Assembly (NCBI GenBank): GCA_002104905.1
Contig: MCFE01000009.1
Coordinates: 186,001-250,000 of the forward strand
DNA length: 64,000 nt
Direction: 5' to 3'
From: Basidiobolus meristosporus CBS 931.73
Taxonomy: Eukaryota; Fungi; Basidiobolomycota
A model generated the notes under the pieces. That model saw only the letters and a list, made by a program, of their open reading frames with translations, was not told the origin of the DNA and searched no databases. The number at the start of each line of letters is the position of its first letter. The first letter of the stretch is position 1. Positions 45,820-58,838 of the stretch are shown here, piece by piece. Position numbers and translations under genes: made by a program.

Positions 45820-48800
45820 ATGTACAAAGCAGACGATACGGTAGGGGCATTGTTCAGTATATTGCGAGTGACATAGCTCTAATATTTCACGAATCATGAT
45901 CCAAGAACAGAGAAAAGCAGGCGCGAAGTTTGAAAAACACATACCCTGAGCCTTCTTTATGTGAATCAATCAATACAAGTAATCTCCACGAATTGAGTAT
46001 CTATGTCAAAGGTCTACCCATCGAAATGGAAGCTGCTGATATCCGAAAGTACTTCTCTACATGGGGGAATGTCAGCATGTGTAATGTGATAAACGTCAGC
46101 GTGAAGGGCAGAAAGAAAGCCGCTATCGTTGTATTTAGCCCACCGCCACCTACTCTAGATTTCATGAGCCAGGACCTTCAGCCTGCTAATATGAAGGAGG
46201 AAAATAGATTTCTTTACATGGATCTCACCACCAAAACTTCTCAGCAACTGCAAAGTCAAGAAAGAGGTGAATACGTGAAGTTGTTTTTCCGAGCTGAGGC
46301 CACTTGCTTCGACATGGGGGTGATGGCAACCCGCCGCAGATTTCTGAGCGTTTGGAAGCCATCCGGCACTTGTATCGTCGAAGTAAATGCGGAGAGAAAG
46401 CTAATATTTTTCAAATTCCACCACTCGAACGACCACTACAGGATAGGTGTAAGATTCGACGACGTTCGGAACAGTATAGTACTGAATAGAGGTGAAGAAG
46501 ACACGTATGTGCTGTATTTTCGAACTGTTCACTGTCCTTTCATGTGGCGAAGACAGGAAAGGGCTTCTCCTTCCTCAGAAAGTTGGAGTGAAGAGGATTC
46601 GTGGGTGCGTGTCCCTTACATTGTTGATCAACAGGGGCAGAATACCAACAGAGTCCGTCTTGGTGACTTCTCCGCCTACCGAGTAAATATTCCAAGTCAC
46701 AACCAACGGGGAGAACCATTCCAAGATACTCTTGACCGTATGACGTGCTGCGGGCTTATTTCTACCCAGCCCGATTCCACCCTTCCCATCGAAATGAAGC
46801 AGTCAGGAGACTTGGTTGTTGATATTCACTCGATACTTCCGTTCGAGTTGGCTTACCTGGTAGAATGCTTGGTCAGCGCACAGAAATTAACCATGTACAA
46901 TTTAACGCACGAGTGGGTTGCGTTTTTGAATGACCTTGATGTAGGGGTTGCCAAGAATGTGCTGATGAATATGATGACGGCCAAAAGCTTGATCGAAGAT
47001 CCCTTGGCATATACCCAGGAGATGTTACCAATGCTCGGAAATGGCCTGATCAACCTTGAGGGAAGCCTCATACAACACGTGTGGATCTATCGAGCTTACA
47101 TTTCTCCCAGCAAGTTGCACCTCTTACCCCCGTCACTGGAGCCATCAAACCGAGTGTTAAGGCATTTTCATCAATACCAACAACACTTCATCCAAGTCAC
47201 CTTTTCCGAAGAGCACTTTGAGAAGATAGGAGCTAGTTGTCAACTGAATCAAGCCATCTTTGATAGTTTTGAGGAAATTTTGACCGAAGGATTTCACATT
47301 GGCAAGCGGCATTACCGATTCCTGGCATTTTCAGCCACACAACTTCGTGAACATAGCTGCTGGTTCTTTGCGGGTACATCTGATGGTATAGATGTAGATT
47401 TCATCCGCAAGTGGATGGGCGATTTCAGTGACATCGGGAACGTTGCCAAGCGTGCTGCCTGTATGGGCCTATGCTTTTCCAATACGCAAGGAGTCAAAAC
47501 CCTGACCAAGGAGCAAGTAAAAGAAGTCCCGGATATCACACGCAATGGCCATTTGCATTCGAATGGAGTCGGCCAAATCGCCATGTCATTAGCAGCAGAA
47601 ATCTCCAGTCGATATCATCAGAAAATAACACCTGGTGCTTTTCAGTTCCGGTTCGGTGGGTACAAAGGAGTTCTTTCGGTCGTACCTGATGACAAGATGG
47701 ACGGAACGCTTGTTCACCTACGCCCAAGCCAAAGAAGGTTCAGTTCGGAATCTTGCGACTTGGAGATCGTCCGAGCTGCCGAGTTTGTGCCAGCTTATCT
47801 GAATCGACAAGTCATCGCACTATTATCTACCATGAGGGTCTCAGATGATGTATTCGTGCATTTGCAAGCAGAACACCTACGGCTAACTGACGAAATCATG
47901 AGCAGCCAAGACCTGGCTTTAGAATTCCTGGCCCTCCACTACCGCTCCAGCTGGATAGGCGATGCATTAGGAGATATGATCGCTGCAGGCTTCCTGAGGT
48001 CGGGAGACTCGTTCGCCAAATCACTCCTGGGCTTACTAAGAAATCAGGCACTTCGGGATGTCCAGGAACGAGCAAGAGTTCCCATCCAAAAGGGGGCCCA
48101 TTTGATCGGTGTCATTGACAGCACGGATTCGCTGAAGGAAAACCAAATCTTTGTTCGATATACGGATCCTCGGCACCCCACTACTGTTAAAAGTTATGTA
48201 GGCCCAGCGTTGGTTATTAGAAACCCATACATACACCCAGGAGATATGCATATGGTTGAGGCGGTTGATTGCCCGGAGCTTCATGCGCTTGTGAATTGTG
48301 TTGCATTCTCTACACGTGGCACTCGTGGTTTGGCAAGTAAATGTAACGGTGGCGACATGGATGGAGACACATATATGGTTATCTGGGACAAGCGGTTGTT
48401 TCCACTGTACAAGTTGCCTCCGTTGAGCTACAGCAAACTTGAGGATGAATCTGCCCAGCCAGTCACCATTAGAGACACCGTGGACTTCTTCATCAATTAT
48501 ATGAAATCCAACAATTTGGCCCAGATTGCCAACGCTCATCTAGCCTGGGCCGACCAGTCAGAAGAGTCTGCTTTATCTCCCAAGTGTATCGTGCTGTCTA
48601 AACTCCATGCTAAAGCGGCGGATTTCGTGAAATCAGGGATCCCAGCTGTTCTGCAGCCCAGTTTGATTCCAAAGCACTGGCCTGATTATATGAACAAACT
48701 ACCAAGAAAATCATATCCTTCTACGCATGCCCTGGGTAGGATGTACAGGAGCGACGCCTTGAACCGCCAACTATCCGAGTACTCGGCCAATAGTCTTAGT

Positions 48801-49289
48801 GAAGTTCACTTTGATGAAAGAATGATCGTGTTGGGATACGAAGAATACTTGGTGGAAGCCAGGCAGCTGAAGCATGAGTATGACAGGACGATCTCCGATA
48901 TTATGCGCCAGCATGAAATCCAAACGGAGGCTGAGCTAGTCTCCGGGTGTGTTCAGCGTTTTTCCTTCGTGGTTAGCCGTACAAAAGAGAGATACCTACT
49001 CAAAGAAACGCTCAGCAACATTATCCAGGCGGTTTGGAGAATATTTCGCCAACGGTTTAATGATAACTCTCCGGCAGTAGAAGCTGTCGACGAAGATGTC
49101 GAAATGTTGAATCGAAGAAAGGCCAGCGCTTGGTACTACGTAACATGCCATCCGACTGAAATATTACTTCAGAAGAATCAGCAGCTCTACAGCGACCATC
49201 CCAATCAAGCTGTCCACCCGGTCTACCTATCTTTTCCTTGGATAGTTCATGATATCTTGGTGCTGATATTACGGGATGCAACTCTTTAG
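45820..49289 (+). CDS. Eukaryotic RNAi RNA-dependent RNA polymerase (RDR-alpha-like, N-terminal RRM), ~1129 aa
   Basis: join(45820..45840,45921..49289); the donor GTAGGG and acceptor are conserved in copy B. RRM-like SIYVKGLP; NRVLR, FLAFS, WMGDF, FQFRFGGYKG, LNRQ, HPGD, catalytic GGDMDGD, AHLAWAD. Confidence 0.93.
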
Positions 49290-49883
49290 ATATGTGTTGC
49301 AGACAAATAACGTTACCATCGGTCAATTGTTATATCCGCGTGTCGATATGTATTCTTTGCCTAGTAAGTTGGATAAATGTATCATTCCAAGTACAGGCCA
49401 CAAACACAAACCAGCAATTACATTGCAGAACGACCGTCAATGCGCATCATGCCCGAGCAGTAGTCATGGATTCGAAGTATCATATTTACTGGATCGAAAC
49501 CAACTGTATTGTAAAATTAAACTGATGCTTGCTCGTGATCAATTCGTATCAAAGCCCTTGTAGATTACTGGATTGATACGGATCTTGATGGGTTGTTCCA
49601 GATTGAAAATAAACCAATGTGTGTGGTGTGCAATAGCTCCAATAGCTGCATTGATATAGAATATCGCTGATACTCGTCCTTTAATAAATTGATGTAGCAT
49701 TTCACTATAGATTCCAGACCCATAAAAGAATTATGTTAGTGGATCGCGGACTCAAACTCCAATCAACTGGCCTCTAGAAATATATCATACCAAGTGGTCA
49801 ATAGAGAGGCTATTGGGAAGTGTGTTAACTGGAGAGTGAAGTTGAGCGGCCGCCTGTCATCTGTGTTGCATATTCGGCAATGG

Positions 49884-50395
49884 TTTGTCCACTCGACACC
49901 ATGAGGAGTTGAATCCTTGTTTGGAAGAAGTGATTATCCGCTTTTGGTATTAGCGTGCTCCAAATCTCTAAACCCATTTCCACTTTCGCGTGAGTAGGCC
50001 TCATACAGAGCTTGTTCATGTAGGGGTTGGTGTGGAAATATGTACCAATAGGTATTCCGGTGAGCATCTGGATCGATGGATTCTATCCATTTGGTAACTC
50101 TCGGGGTGAGTGAAATGCCTTCTTTCGGATTTACATATATTCCATGGCCAGATTATACCAAAAAGCACAAGTTTGCACTGCCGAAAATCTCTATTTATTT
50201 TTTGTAGGTTGGAGTAACACCCCAGGGCTAGGCGTATTATCAGTTGAAATATTTTATGGCTTTACCGGTTTTAGATAGGAACCAACAGGTTGTGTACCGG
50301 GATTGGTGCAAGGTGGCCGAGTACACCAATATCAAGAGTGGATAATCACCTTCCTCGAATAGGGATTCTACTCCCCATGGCGTCGAGTGGGCAAA
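49884..50395. repeat. Inverted repeat, ~56-70 bp arms with a ~380-bp spacer
   Basis: Core of the reverse complement of 49884-49949 vs 50325-50395: 44/56 identical without gaps; 11 of the 12 mismatches are transitions. Confidence 0.8.
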
Positions 50396-51040
50396 TCAAC
50401 AGTAATAATAATAATCAAATATGCAAGATATATACTAGGTCAACACTTGGGAGAAGTGTGCAGGAAATTGGTGGTAGTGAAATCAAATGGAATTTGGCAA
50501 TATCAAATATCCGAGCTTCCCCTGTGGGATTTAGTGACCTGGCTTAAGAAGGGTCGGAAGTAGAGGAAGGGATAATGTATTTTGCTCCTAATTTATTCGT
50601 AGTCTTACTTCGCTAATTAAAGATTTTTGATGAAGACCATGTCAATGCAGCAGAAATCCAACTCGAATTAAGCCTCCAATTTCTCAATAATGATTATAAT
50701 TAGCCACCATACTCGAGTCTGTTATTACATGGAATATGCTGGCTTTCATATACACCATTTCTATGATTAGTTTAGTTGACTTCAAATGAGGTATGAATAC
50801 TTTCAGGAGAACTTCGATAAACCTGTTGGGAGACCATTGGAATGCCATCAAAACACCATTAAACTTTTGACTGCAAAAGAAGGTACAGGCATATCCACCA
50901 GTCCTAGTTGACAAATTTGATAAATTCTTAGGTACCAGAGCTTAGACAATGTTGTCACTAGACTTTAATGGTATGATCTCCGTATCCATCTTGCTGTGCT
51001 CTTCTTGATTCAGTCGAATATGTTGCCTAGAATGCTGGCC

Positions 51041-51121
51041 AATGTTTCGGTTCAGTCAGTAATAATAATGTGACTAATGTTTCGGTTCAGTCAATAATAA
51101 CAATGTGACTAATGTTTCGGT
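51041..51121. repeat. 35-bp tandem repeat, ~2.3 copies
   Basis: AATGTTTCGGTTCAGTCA(G/A)TAATAA(T/C)AATGTGACT at 51041 and 51076, plus a partial copy at 51111. Confidence 0.9.
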
Positions 51122-52815
51122 GAAAGACATAAATAGCTGATATCTTGGTGCACCATACAAGTAATGAGGGTTGAGTGATATGTATTGCATTCATAGTGCT
51201 TTATCATTAAACCTTGATGGACCCAAACCATATATATCTCATCTGATGGATGTAAGTGTAAAAAATATTGGGATTTTTGGTAGTTAGACCTAGCGCCACT
51301 TTGAAACAATCCTATTTATATAGCTGTAGTTACTAAATGGGTACTATTGGTTAGCGCAGTACATACTGCTTGTATTTAAAATGTCTCCGGTGGCTCCTTT
51401 ACTCAGCCGACCCTCATAACGAAACAGACACTTGATTAAATCCAGACACTATCCATAGAGCAACTCATTTTTGGCTCTATCAAATCCCAATTCGGCGATG
51501 ATAAGCAACATTGATGGAATTGATCGAAGCTCCTTGCGATAGAATCAACACTTGGCCACCTGAAGACGTGGCAAGAAAGGTGTAGGCGTATAAACCATCG
51601 CCACACCTGTATAGGCGGTTCCATTAGAAACCAGTAGTAATGCGAGGGTATATATTATATACATGCGCAGCTATGGTGTAGCTTTGCATCAACGACAGCG
51701 ACTTCTATATTGTCCATTGGCAGACAAAGGTCAAATTCAAAATCCAGCCATTCCATGGGATTAGATTAGCCAATTTCAAATCGCTTCAATATTCGGGTAT
51801 TTGTAGCAAACGTACAAACAAATAAGGCCCGCTGGTCTAAAGACGTTTGGCCATCATCATTCTACTTCGGAGAGGAGGATATCCCCAAAAGTCTTATCCT
51901 CAGCTATTATTTAATCTGGTGAGGAGCGATTCCCGAAATGGCTTATCCGAGAGTCATATCGATAACTCCTCGACCATTTGACAATTTGAGAACATTGGTC
52001 AAGACAGCATTTTATGGTTAATCTTCGACCCGGTTCGAGTCTAAGTACTCTATGTTTTCCAATTTTGCTGAATTCATCAAATGGTCAAATATTCTTTATC
52101 CAGCAACATAACAAAATCTCAACTACCGGCAGCTTGGATTATTGGAAGCATATGATATGGACTATTGGTAAGGTACTCATTGTGATGAAGAAGATGGTTA
52201 CCATATCATCGCTTACATATCAGGTTTAGTTGCTCTGCTGTACTACACGCTGTAACCTCACTTGAACAACAAGTGCACCATCATATGTTTACTCACTAGG
52301 GTGTACAGAGACACAACCAACTTAGCCATGGTATAAATTACTCGCTCACATTGAAAGTTACTCGGAGATAAGCGTGCTAAGTTGGTATGTTCATCAATAA
52401 TACAGACTGATGAAATTACCACATCGCTCTCAATTGCACTATTGACTCTCTGATACGTGTGGAAACGACTCCAAAAAGGAGGAGTGATCTGCTTGAATGG
52501 GATGATAGCTCGGAAATGTACCGTGGTGATCAACTTGAACGGGAATGTATCGTAATATACTTCTCACCAGAAATCCTTGGTATACATCAGATGAAGAAAT
52601 TTCCATTTGTGGCATATCGAGAAACAAAAGACACCATTGAATTTCCTAAAAGGTTCTAGTGCATGGGGAGGATGTATTATAGCGCATAGGTACAATCTCG
52701 TATCTCTTATCTCATCCAAAAGGGAAACCGACAGAGACTCGAAATGCCAGCTGTCAATGGAGCACGATTGATGTAGGCCCACTATAAATAGCCCATCTCG
52801 CACCAGTACTTGTTC

Positions 52816-54396
52816 ATGCCGAGCGACATGAATTCTGAGAAAGCCACCACCCATCGCGAACAGAAGGGCCTTCTGGGCAAGGTCTGGAAAAGATTATGCG
52901 CCCCCGGAAAACATTATGCCGTTCGTGCAGCAGCAGTAACCCAGTCAGTTACCATTGACAAGTCGGAGGCAGTGACCGTAATCGGGGAGATTTTGCCAGC
53001 CAAAACACCTCTACCAGAGTCGGACTCTCGCAGTGATATCGTGTTTGAAGATCAGAAGCAAATCTCCATGGGATCTCGCTTTTTTGACTACATCACCAGC
53101 TTTGCCGGGTCCCGTTTCACATTCATCGTGACACTCTCGGTCTTCTTCGGGTGGGGAATAGCTGGTATTGTTCTCGGTGCGCCACAGAACTGGCAGATCG
53201 CCATGTCGGATGGTGGTTCCATTCAGTGCTATATCTCCGACTCACTGCTCATGCGCCAACAGCAAAACCAATGCACCCAGTTGTTGACCATCATAGCTCA
53301 GTTGCGCTCAAGAAACAAGACATTCAAAAGGCTGTTGAGTAACCCAGAGATAGTCAGAAAAATCCAAGAGTTGAAGAGCCAAAATCTTCAAATGCCCCAG
53401 GACCATATTGGTAATGGCGCCAAACTCCCCTTGGAAGGCTGGTTTGACAAACTCTGCAGCTGGGTCTCATGGCTCATCGGGTCGATCTATTCCCAAGTAT
53501 TCTACTGGGTTGCTATTTTCGTCTGGATTGGCTGTGGTTATATCGACGATTGGAGTAACTTGTGGCAACTCTACATCAACACTGCCTCCGCTGTCCAGCT
53601 CAGCTTTACCTCTATGTTCCTGCAACACACCAGACGAATCCACATGGAATATTTCGAAAAATGCCTGAAATCAGTGGTCGAGGCGGATTGCGAGGTGGAG
53701 AGTCTCCTGCGCCAAGTCACCACTGACTCCGAGTTAAACCCGATGATTGAAATCCAGCCCCTCAGAACCGGGTTTGGGGTCAGAGCCATTGACTACTACG
53801 CAGATCTTGTTGGTTCTGGTGTGGGAGCCTTCATCTCCACCTGCGTCTTTATCGTCTGGCTGGCCATCGGAAATGTGATGGACTGGAACTCCAACTGGTG
53901 GCTTATTATTGGTACATACACCGGTTTGATCGGCTACATCGATGGATTTATGTTGCGAAACGTGTATTTCCGTCAAGACACCATTATCAACCAACAATTC
54001 CAAGAGCTAATCGACGAAGACTATGAGATCTTCCAAAAGCTCAGCGTAGAGGTTCCAGAAGAGCGCCTGGTCGACGACAAGTCTCTGATCTACAAGATGA
54101 GCCACTTCATGGGCGTTGTTTGCTCACATCCCTGGTCGGTCTTGAGTTCGGTTCTTATCACAATCGGTTTGATCTGTGTTGCGAGTGGAATGCTCTGGAA
54201 TGAAACCGGTCAGTTAATCTGCAACACGCCGACAATGATTATCGAAGGTTTCCTGTTCAACGTGCTGATCCAGGCCCACAATGTGGCCGACACCAAGAGA
54301 CGTGTCGTGATTCACAACGTTCTCCTGAGAAGACTCAAACTGCTTCAGTATGTAAGACCACTTAGTGATGACTGCGAGAAGAAGTTGGTCGAGTAG
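52816..54396 (+). CDS. FET4: Low-affinity iron/zinc permease, copy A (ATG at 52816 or 52828), intronless
   Basis: Fet4 signatures WQIAMSDGGSIQCYISDSLLMRQQQ, WQLYINT, WWLIIGTYTGLIG.IDGF.LR, GQLICNTPTMIIEGF; TATAAATA at 52783; AATAAA at 54472. Confidence 0.93.
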   Translation: MPSDMNSEKATTHREQKGLLGKVWKRLCAPGKHYAVRAAAVTQSVTIDKSEAVTVIGEILPAKTPLPESDSRSDIVFEDQKQISMGSRFFDYITSFAGSRFTFIVTLSVFFGWGIAGIVLGAPQNWQIAMSDGGSIQCYISDSLLMRQQQNQCTQLLTIIAQLRSRNKTFKRLLSNPEIVRKIQELKSQNLQMPQDHIGNGAKLPLEGWFDKLCSWVSWLIGSIYSQVFYWVAIFVWIGCGYIDDWSNLWQLYINTASAVQLSFTSMFLQHTRRIHMEYFEKCLKSVVEADCEVESLLRQVTTDSELNPMIEIQPLRTGFGVRAIDYYADLVGSGVGAFISTCVFIVWLAIGNVMDWNSNWWLIIGTYTGLIGYIDGFMLRNVYFRQDTIINQQFQELIDEDYEIFQKLSVEVPEERLVDDKSLIYKMSHFMGVVCSHPWSVLSSVLITIGLICVASGMLWNETGQLICNTPTMIIEGFLFNVLIQAHNVADTKRRVVIHNVLLRRLKLLQYVRPLSDDCEKKLVE

Positions 54397-56821
54397 AGTG
54401 CCCAGCTGAGAAACTTCCATTTGTGTATATAACTTAGAGTGAAAGTTATTCTTTATAGATCCATGTTTGTTAATAAATCCAAATTTCATCGAATAGAATC
54501 TCAGATACTCCATTAGCATGAGCTCGCGTTGGACGCGGATCAGTAAATCATCCTCCAGCGTCACTTGATATTAGGATCGAAGAATACTGAATCCTGCTGA
54601 ATGGTCATGTATTACTGCAACGTGAGAGATTTGCTGCTTGGTATTTTATAACCTACAAATGAATACAAAGCTTGTAGATGATCACATTCAGCCCTATTCA
54701 AGTGGCGTATTGCTAAAGTAGACATTGGCGTCTTGTACATGCATGTGAGGTAAGCTGAAAGCTTGGTATTGGTGACAAGATCCAAGCTTATCACATAAAT
54801 TGTCCAAGGAAATACTAGGCTGAAGCCGTAATATGATAATGACTGCTTATGTTGTATCTGTTAATGTAGAGGACATCTAGCTCTATCTGTGGAAGATGCT
54901 TCACAAGAGGAGCATAACAAGGGGTTGATCCATTCATCTTAAGCTTGAGGTTATTAGGTATATTACAGGGAAAATTGCACATACATGCATTTTTAGCATA
55001 CTATAATATGACCAAGCCATATACAGGGAAAGCTGAGATTCAAAGCTCTGTAAATAAAGCGGATAGTTAGAATTGTGAGGGAGTCGGAGGTATTAGCAGT
55101 GATTGATGGTGGTTGGGAGAAAAAGCAGATAATTTGATTTTCACTCAATGATTTATTGAATGTAAATGTGGTATTTATACTCTTACATTATCTTGATAAA
55201 GAGCAAGCACAATGTATTAGACAACGTCTCAAAAATATGTAGTCTTTTTCGCTAGACCCTTGGGTAGATAGGGGCTAAACCAAAAGCAAACTTAGGGGAG
55301 TGCCACAGCTACGAATCCACTGTTAACACCAAGATATGAGAAAACCCGCCGCATACTTTGAGATATACCAGGCCCAGCTGGAACAAATCATCGTCGTCGT
55401 TAAATGATCACTGATTTGTTGGTGGTCAGCAAAAATTATTCTGACTAGATAAGCCATACCAAGCGGAGATGGAATCTTTGGAAACCAGTAACGTATATAT
55501 GGATATATGAGGGAATCGCCGTCACAAAGGATCTCGTTGGATCCACGTCTAGCTTTCGTTCTTGTTTCGGATACTCATCCGACTCAGCCGATAGTCCATC
55601 TTAAGAAACCGAAACGCTACACCCCGGGGGTACGATTGGAGCGCAGGAGGCGGTAGCGAGAAATATACAAACAGCAGGTGGTCACCATTGCTAAGGCATA
55701 AGCGTCCCCACTCTCCAAAAACTTCTCCTGGAAGCTGTATCCAAAGTCTGCCCTGCTCGGTATCTGACTCACTTCGGTAGGACTCCAAAAGTTCGAAGTC
55801 TGCCCCATATCCGTCTCGCTTTGATGAACTCTGCTCCACGACGTGGTCCCTGCGAGTGCACCTTAGAGATCTTCCTTCAGGTTCTTATTGTAAGGAACTT
55901 GATTCTGTTGTTAGGAATGCTCCTGTATGTTTCGGTGCAAAGACATGAATAAATGGGTTTCTCGGTGAAAGATAATTTTCTTTGGCATTACAGGTGCAAC
56001 GAAGGTTTAATCCTGGTTTATCCCAGTGTTTCGTTTAGTCTAACGGATAATGTTCTCTATCCATCTCGCAATGATGCTTCCACCAGATATCTTTTATTTG
56101 GAACTTGGCTGATGGTTTGTTCACTGGGCACACTCGGCATCCGTAGTCGAGGGTTGTAACTGCCCACTCCTCATAATACTCTGCTAACTTCCATCAGCAA
56201 CTGCTACTCAGTTGGGAATCCCTACGATGAACCAGTTGTAGCATGCACTTTGACACATCGGTGACTTCTATCTGTATCCGATCTATGCTGTGCTACCCGT
56301 GTAGAAACTCTCTTCAGTAGGCTACAAACAACCCAAGTCACTGGTGGGGGATGCATCTTATTTGTTGGGTTGTATATATATGGCTTCTCTTGCTTCTATT
56401 TGGCAAAAATCGAACCCAATTATATTATCCGCATCAAGACAGCCTAGACCTGCTAAACTCCCCACCGATAGAAACCAAGTTGGAAATGGGTGATACAAAC
56501 TTTGCAACACAGCAAGGCAGCATATACCTGCTGAACTCCCCACCGATGGAAGCCAGATTGGAAATGGTGGACTCCACATAAGGACTTTTTATTTCCAAAT
56601 GGGGCCATTTTCAAGCAGATATAATACAATCAGTTACTCTGTCGGGCTATTGCTTGCCGTCGGGTGTATATGTACCCGGCATTGGTTCCCGCTGTATATA
56701 GCGTTCATTTTCGTACGGGCTTGGATTATAAGATGGAAATGAGCTATGTTTCAAGATTACAATACATAGCACGGCTTTGAATTACAACCACTGTGCACCG
56801 CACCAGTATCTTTCCCTTATA

Positions 56822-57950
56822 ATGTGCAAAGCGGTTGTTACGGTAGGGGGTATTGTTCAATATACTACGTGTTAAATAGGTCTAATATTTCACGAATCAT
56901 TGGCCAAGAGAAGATTAAGCAGGTACAAATTTGGAAGAGCACATACCCTTAGCCTCCCTTATGTGAATTAATCAATACAAGTAATCTCCACGAATTGAGT
57001 ATCTATGTCAAAGGCTTACCCATTGAAATAGAAGCTGCTGATACCCGAAAGTATTTCTCTATAGAGGGGGATGCTAGTATGTGCTAAGTGATGAACGTCA
57101 GCACAAATGGCAGAGTAGAAGTCCCTATAGTTGTATTTAGCCCGCACTCATCTCCAGATTTTATGAGCCGGGGTCTTCATCGTGCTAATATGGGGGAGGA
57201 ATATAGATTTCTTCGGATGTATTTCCCCACCATAACTTCTCAGCAACTGCAAAGCCAAGAAAGAGGTGAACACGTGGAGTTGTCTTCCCGGTCTGAGATC
57301 ACTTGCATAAGCATGGAAGTATTGGTTAACCGCTGCAGATTACTCAGTGTTTGGAAGCCATCCGCACTTGTATCGTCGAAGTAAATGCGGAGAGAAAGCT
57401 AATATTTTTCAAATTTCACCACTCGAACGACGGCTATGGGATTGGTGGTTCGAACCATTCCAAGATACTCTTGACCGTATAACGTGCTGCGGATTTATTT
57501 CTATCCAGATCTATTCCACCCTTCCCATCGAAAGCAATCGAGGGACTTGGCTGTTGATCTTAGGCTTGCCTGGTAGGATGCTTGGTCAGCACGCAGAAAT
57601 TATCAAGGTACGATTTAACACACGAGTGGGCTGCGTTTCTGAATGATCTTGATGTAGGGACTTCCAATAATGTACAGATGAATATGGTGACGGCCAAAAT
57701 CTTTATCAAAGATCCCTTGGCCTATACCTACGAAATCTTACCAGTGCTTGAAATTGACCTGACCGACTCAAGGAAGCCTCATGGAATGTATGTGGACCTA
57801 TCGCGCATACATATCACCCAGCAAGCTGCACCTCTTGCCTCCATCACTGGAGCCATCAGGCCGAGTGTTAAGGCATTTTCATCAATACCAACAACACTTC
57901 CTCCAAGTCACCTTTGGCATTTTCATCAATACTGATTCGAGATGCCAGAA
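56822..57950 (+). pseudogene. RdRP pseudogene (RRM region kept; internal and catalytic-domain deletions)
   Basis: Roughly 75-80% (by eye) like 45820-47195. Stops and frameshifts; deletion of the equivalent of ~46435-46710 and of the whole catalytic region (~47195-49250). Confidence 0.9.
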
Positions 57951-58535
57951 TTTCACTGGATGGGAAACAACTATATTGGAGCATTAGACTGATGCTTGCT
58001 CGTGCCCAATTCGTACTGAAGCTGATGCTTACCATAGCTCCTAGAGTACTGGATTGATACGGATCATAATAGAGGATTGGACATCAATCAATGTGTGTGG
58101 TGTGCAAGATTGATCTGGAATATCGTGGATACTCGTCTTCGAATAAACCGATATATCATATCCTAAATAAATATACTAGTCTCCGAATAGTTTTCTATTA
58201 TCTCGTTCCAGTGGACTGCAAAAACTATCGATCACAGGCCTAAAGAAAGAATTACGGAAGTGGATTGCGGACTCAAACTCCAATCAACTGGCCTCCTTAG
58301 ATAGACCAGACCGAGCACTGATGTTTACATTGAGCTCATTAGTCACTCCTCATTGCGGATCTCGAATTGCTCATATTGTGAAACCTCATTTCGATCCTGG
58401 ATTACACAGCTCAAGCGTCAAATGATGTGCGCCAATAATGGGAGCGGATAAGTCCTCACTTATAACTGGAGGCCAAATCGCGAAATGAATAGTATATAAG
58501 GGGTAGGTTGTTGCCATTGCTGAAGTGTAAACATT

Positions 58536-58838
58536 TCACCTCTCTAAAAAACCTCTCCGGGAAGCTGGATTCGAAGTCTGCTCCTTATCCGTTTCACCTT
58601 GGTGACCCTCTGCAACTAGGGAATCTTCAATAGGAGCTGCTCCACCGCGTGGTCCCGTAACCAGGGTCTGCTGTTGTACGTACACCCTAGGAATTTCCGT
58701 CAAGTTATTTTTGTGCGGAGTTTCATTCTGTTCGGAATGTTGGTGAATGTTTGTGTGCAAAGACATGAATAAATGGGTTTCCTTGGTGATTTCGTTGTGT
58801 TTACCATGTAGTATATTGGTCTTCAAGTTCGTTAGCAT
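58536..58838 (-). pseudogene. Member of an unidentified small-ORF family repeated within the duplication
   Basis: ETHLFMSLH(T/R)NI peptide also at ~55900-55990 (with stops); related DNA at ~45040-45150, ~51110 and ~59995-60130. Confidence 0.45.

Larger units (their letters stand above)
44575..54570 (+). repeat. Tandem segmental duplication, copy A (small-ORF relic, RdRP, relics, FET4)
   Basis: Colinear homology to 55265-63390 from GGGGCTAA(G/A)CCAAAAGC to ~170 nt past the FET4 stop. Confidence 0.9.

Noticed and set aside
45930-45932. TTG start for the RdRP as given in the ORF track
   Set aside because: A 7-codon ATG exon (45820-45840) with a GT-AG intron, conserved in copy B, explains the N-terminus.
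45495-50010. Possible terminal inverted repeats around the RdRP (K-L/V-EMG similarity)
   Set aside because: Only ~13 bp shared; compatible with chance.
51041-51121. 35-bp (and 43-bp at 59457) direct repeats as a CRISPR-like array
   Set aside because: Adjacent copies with no unique spacers, only 2-2.3 units, in a eukaryotic context.
33726-57950. RIP-like hypermutation in the pseudogenes
   Set aside because: Differences between copies include many transversions and indels; no obvious one-directional CpA>TpA excess by eye (not quantified).
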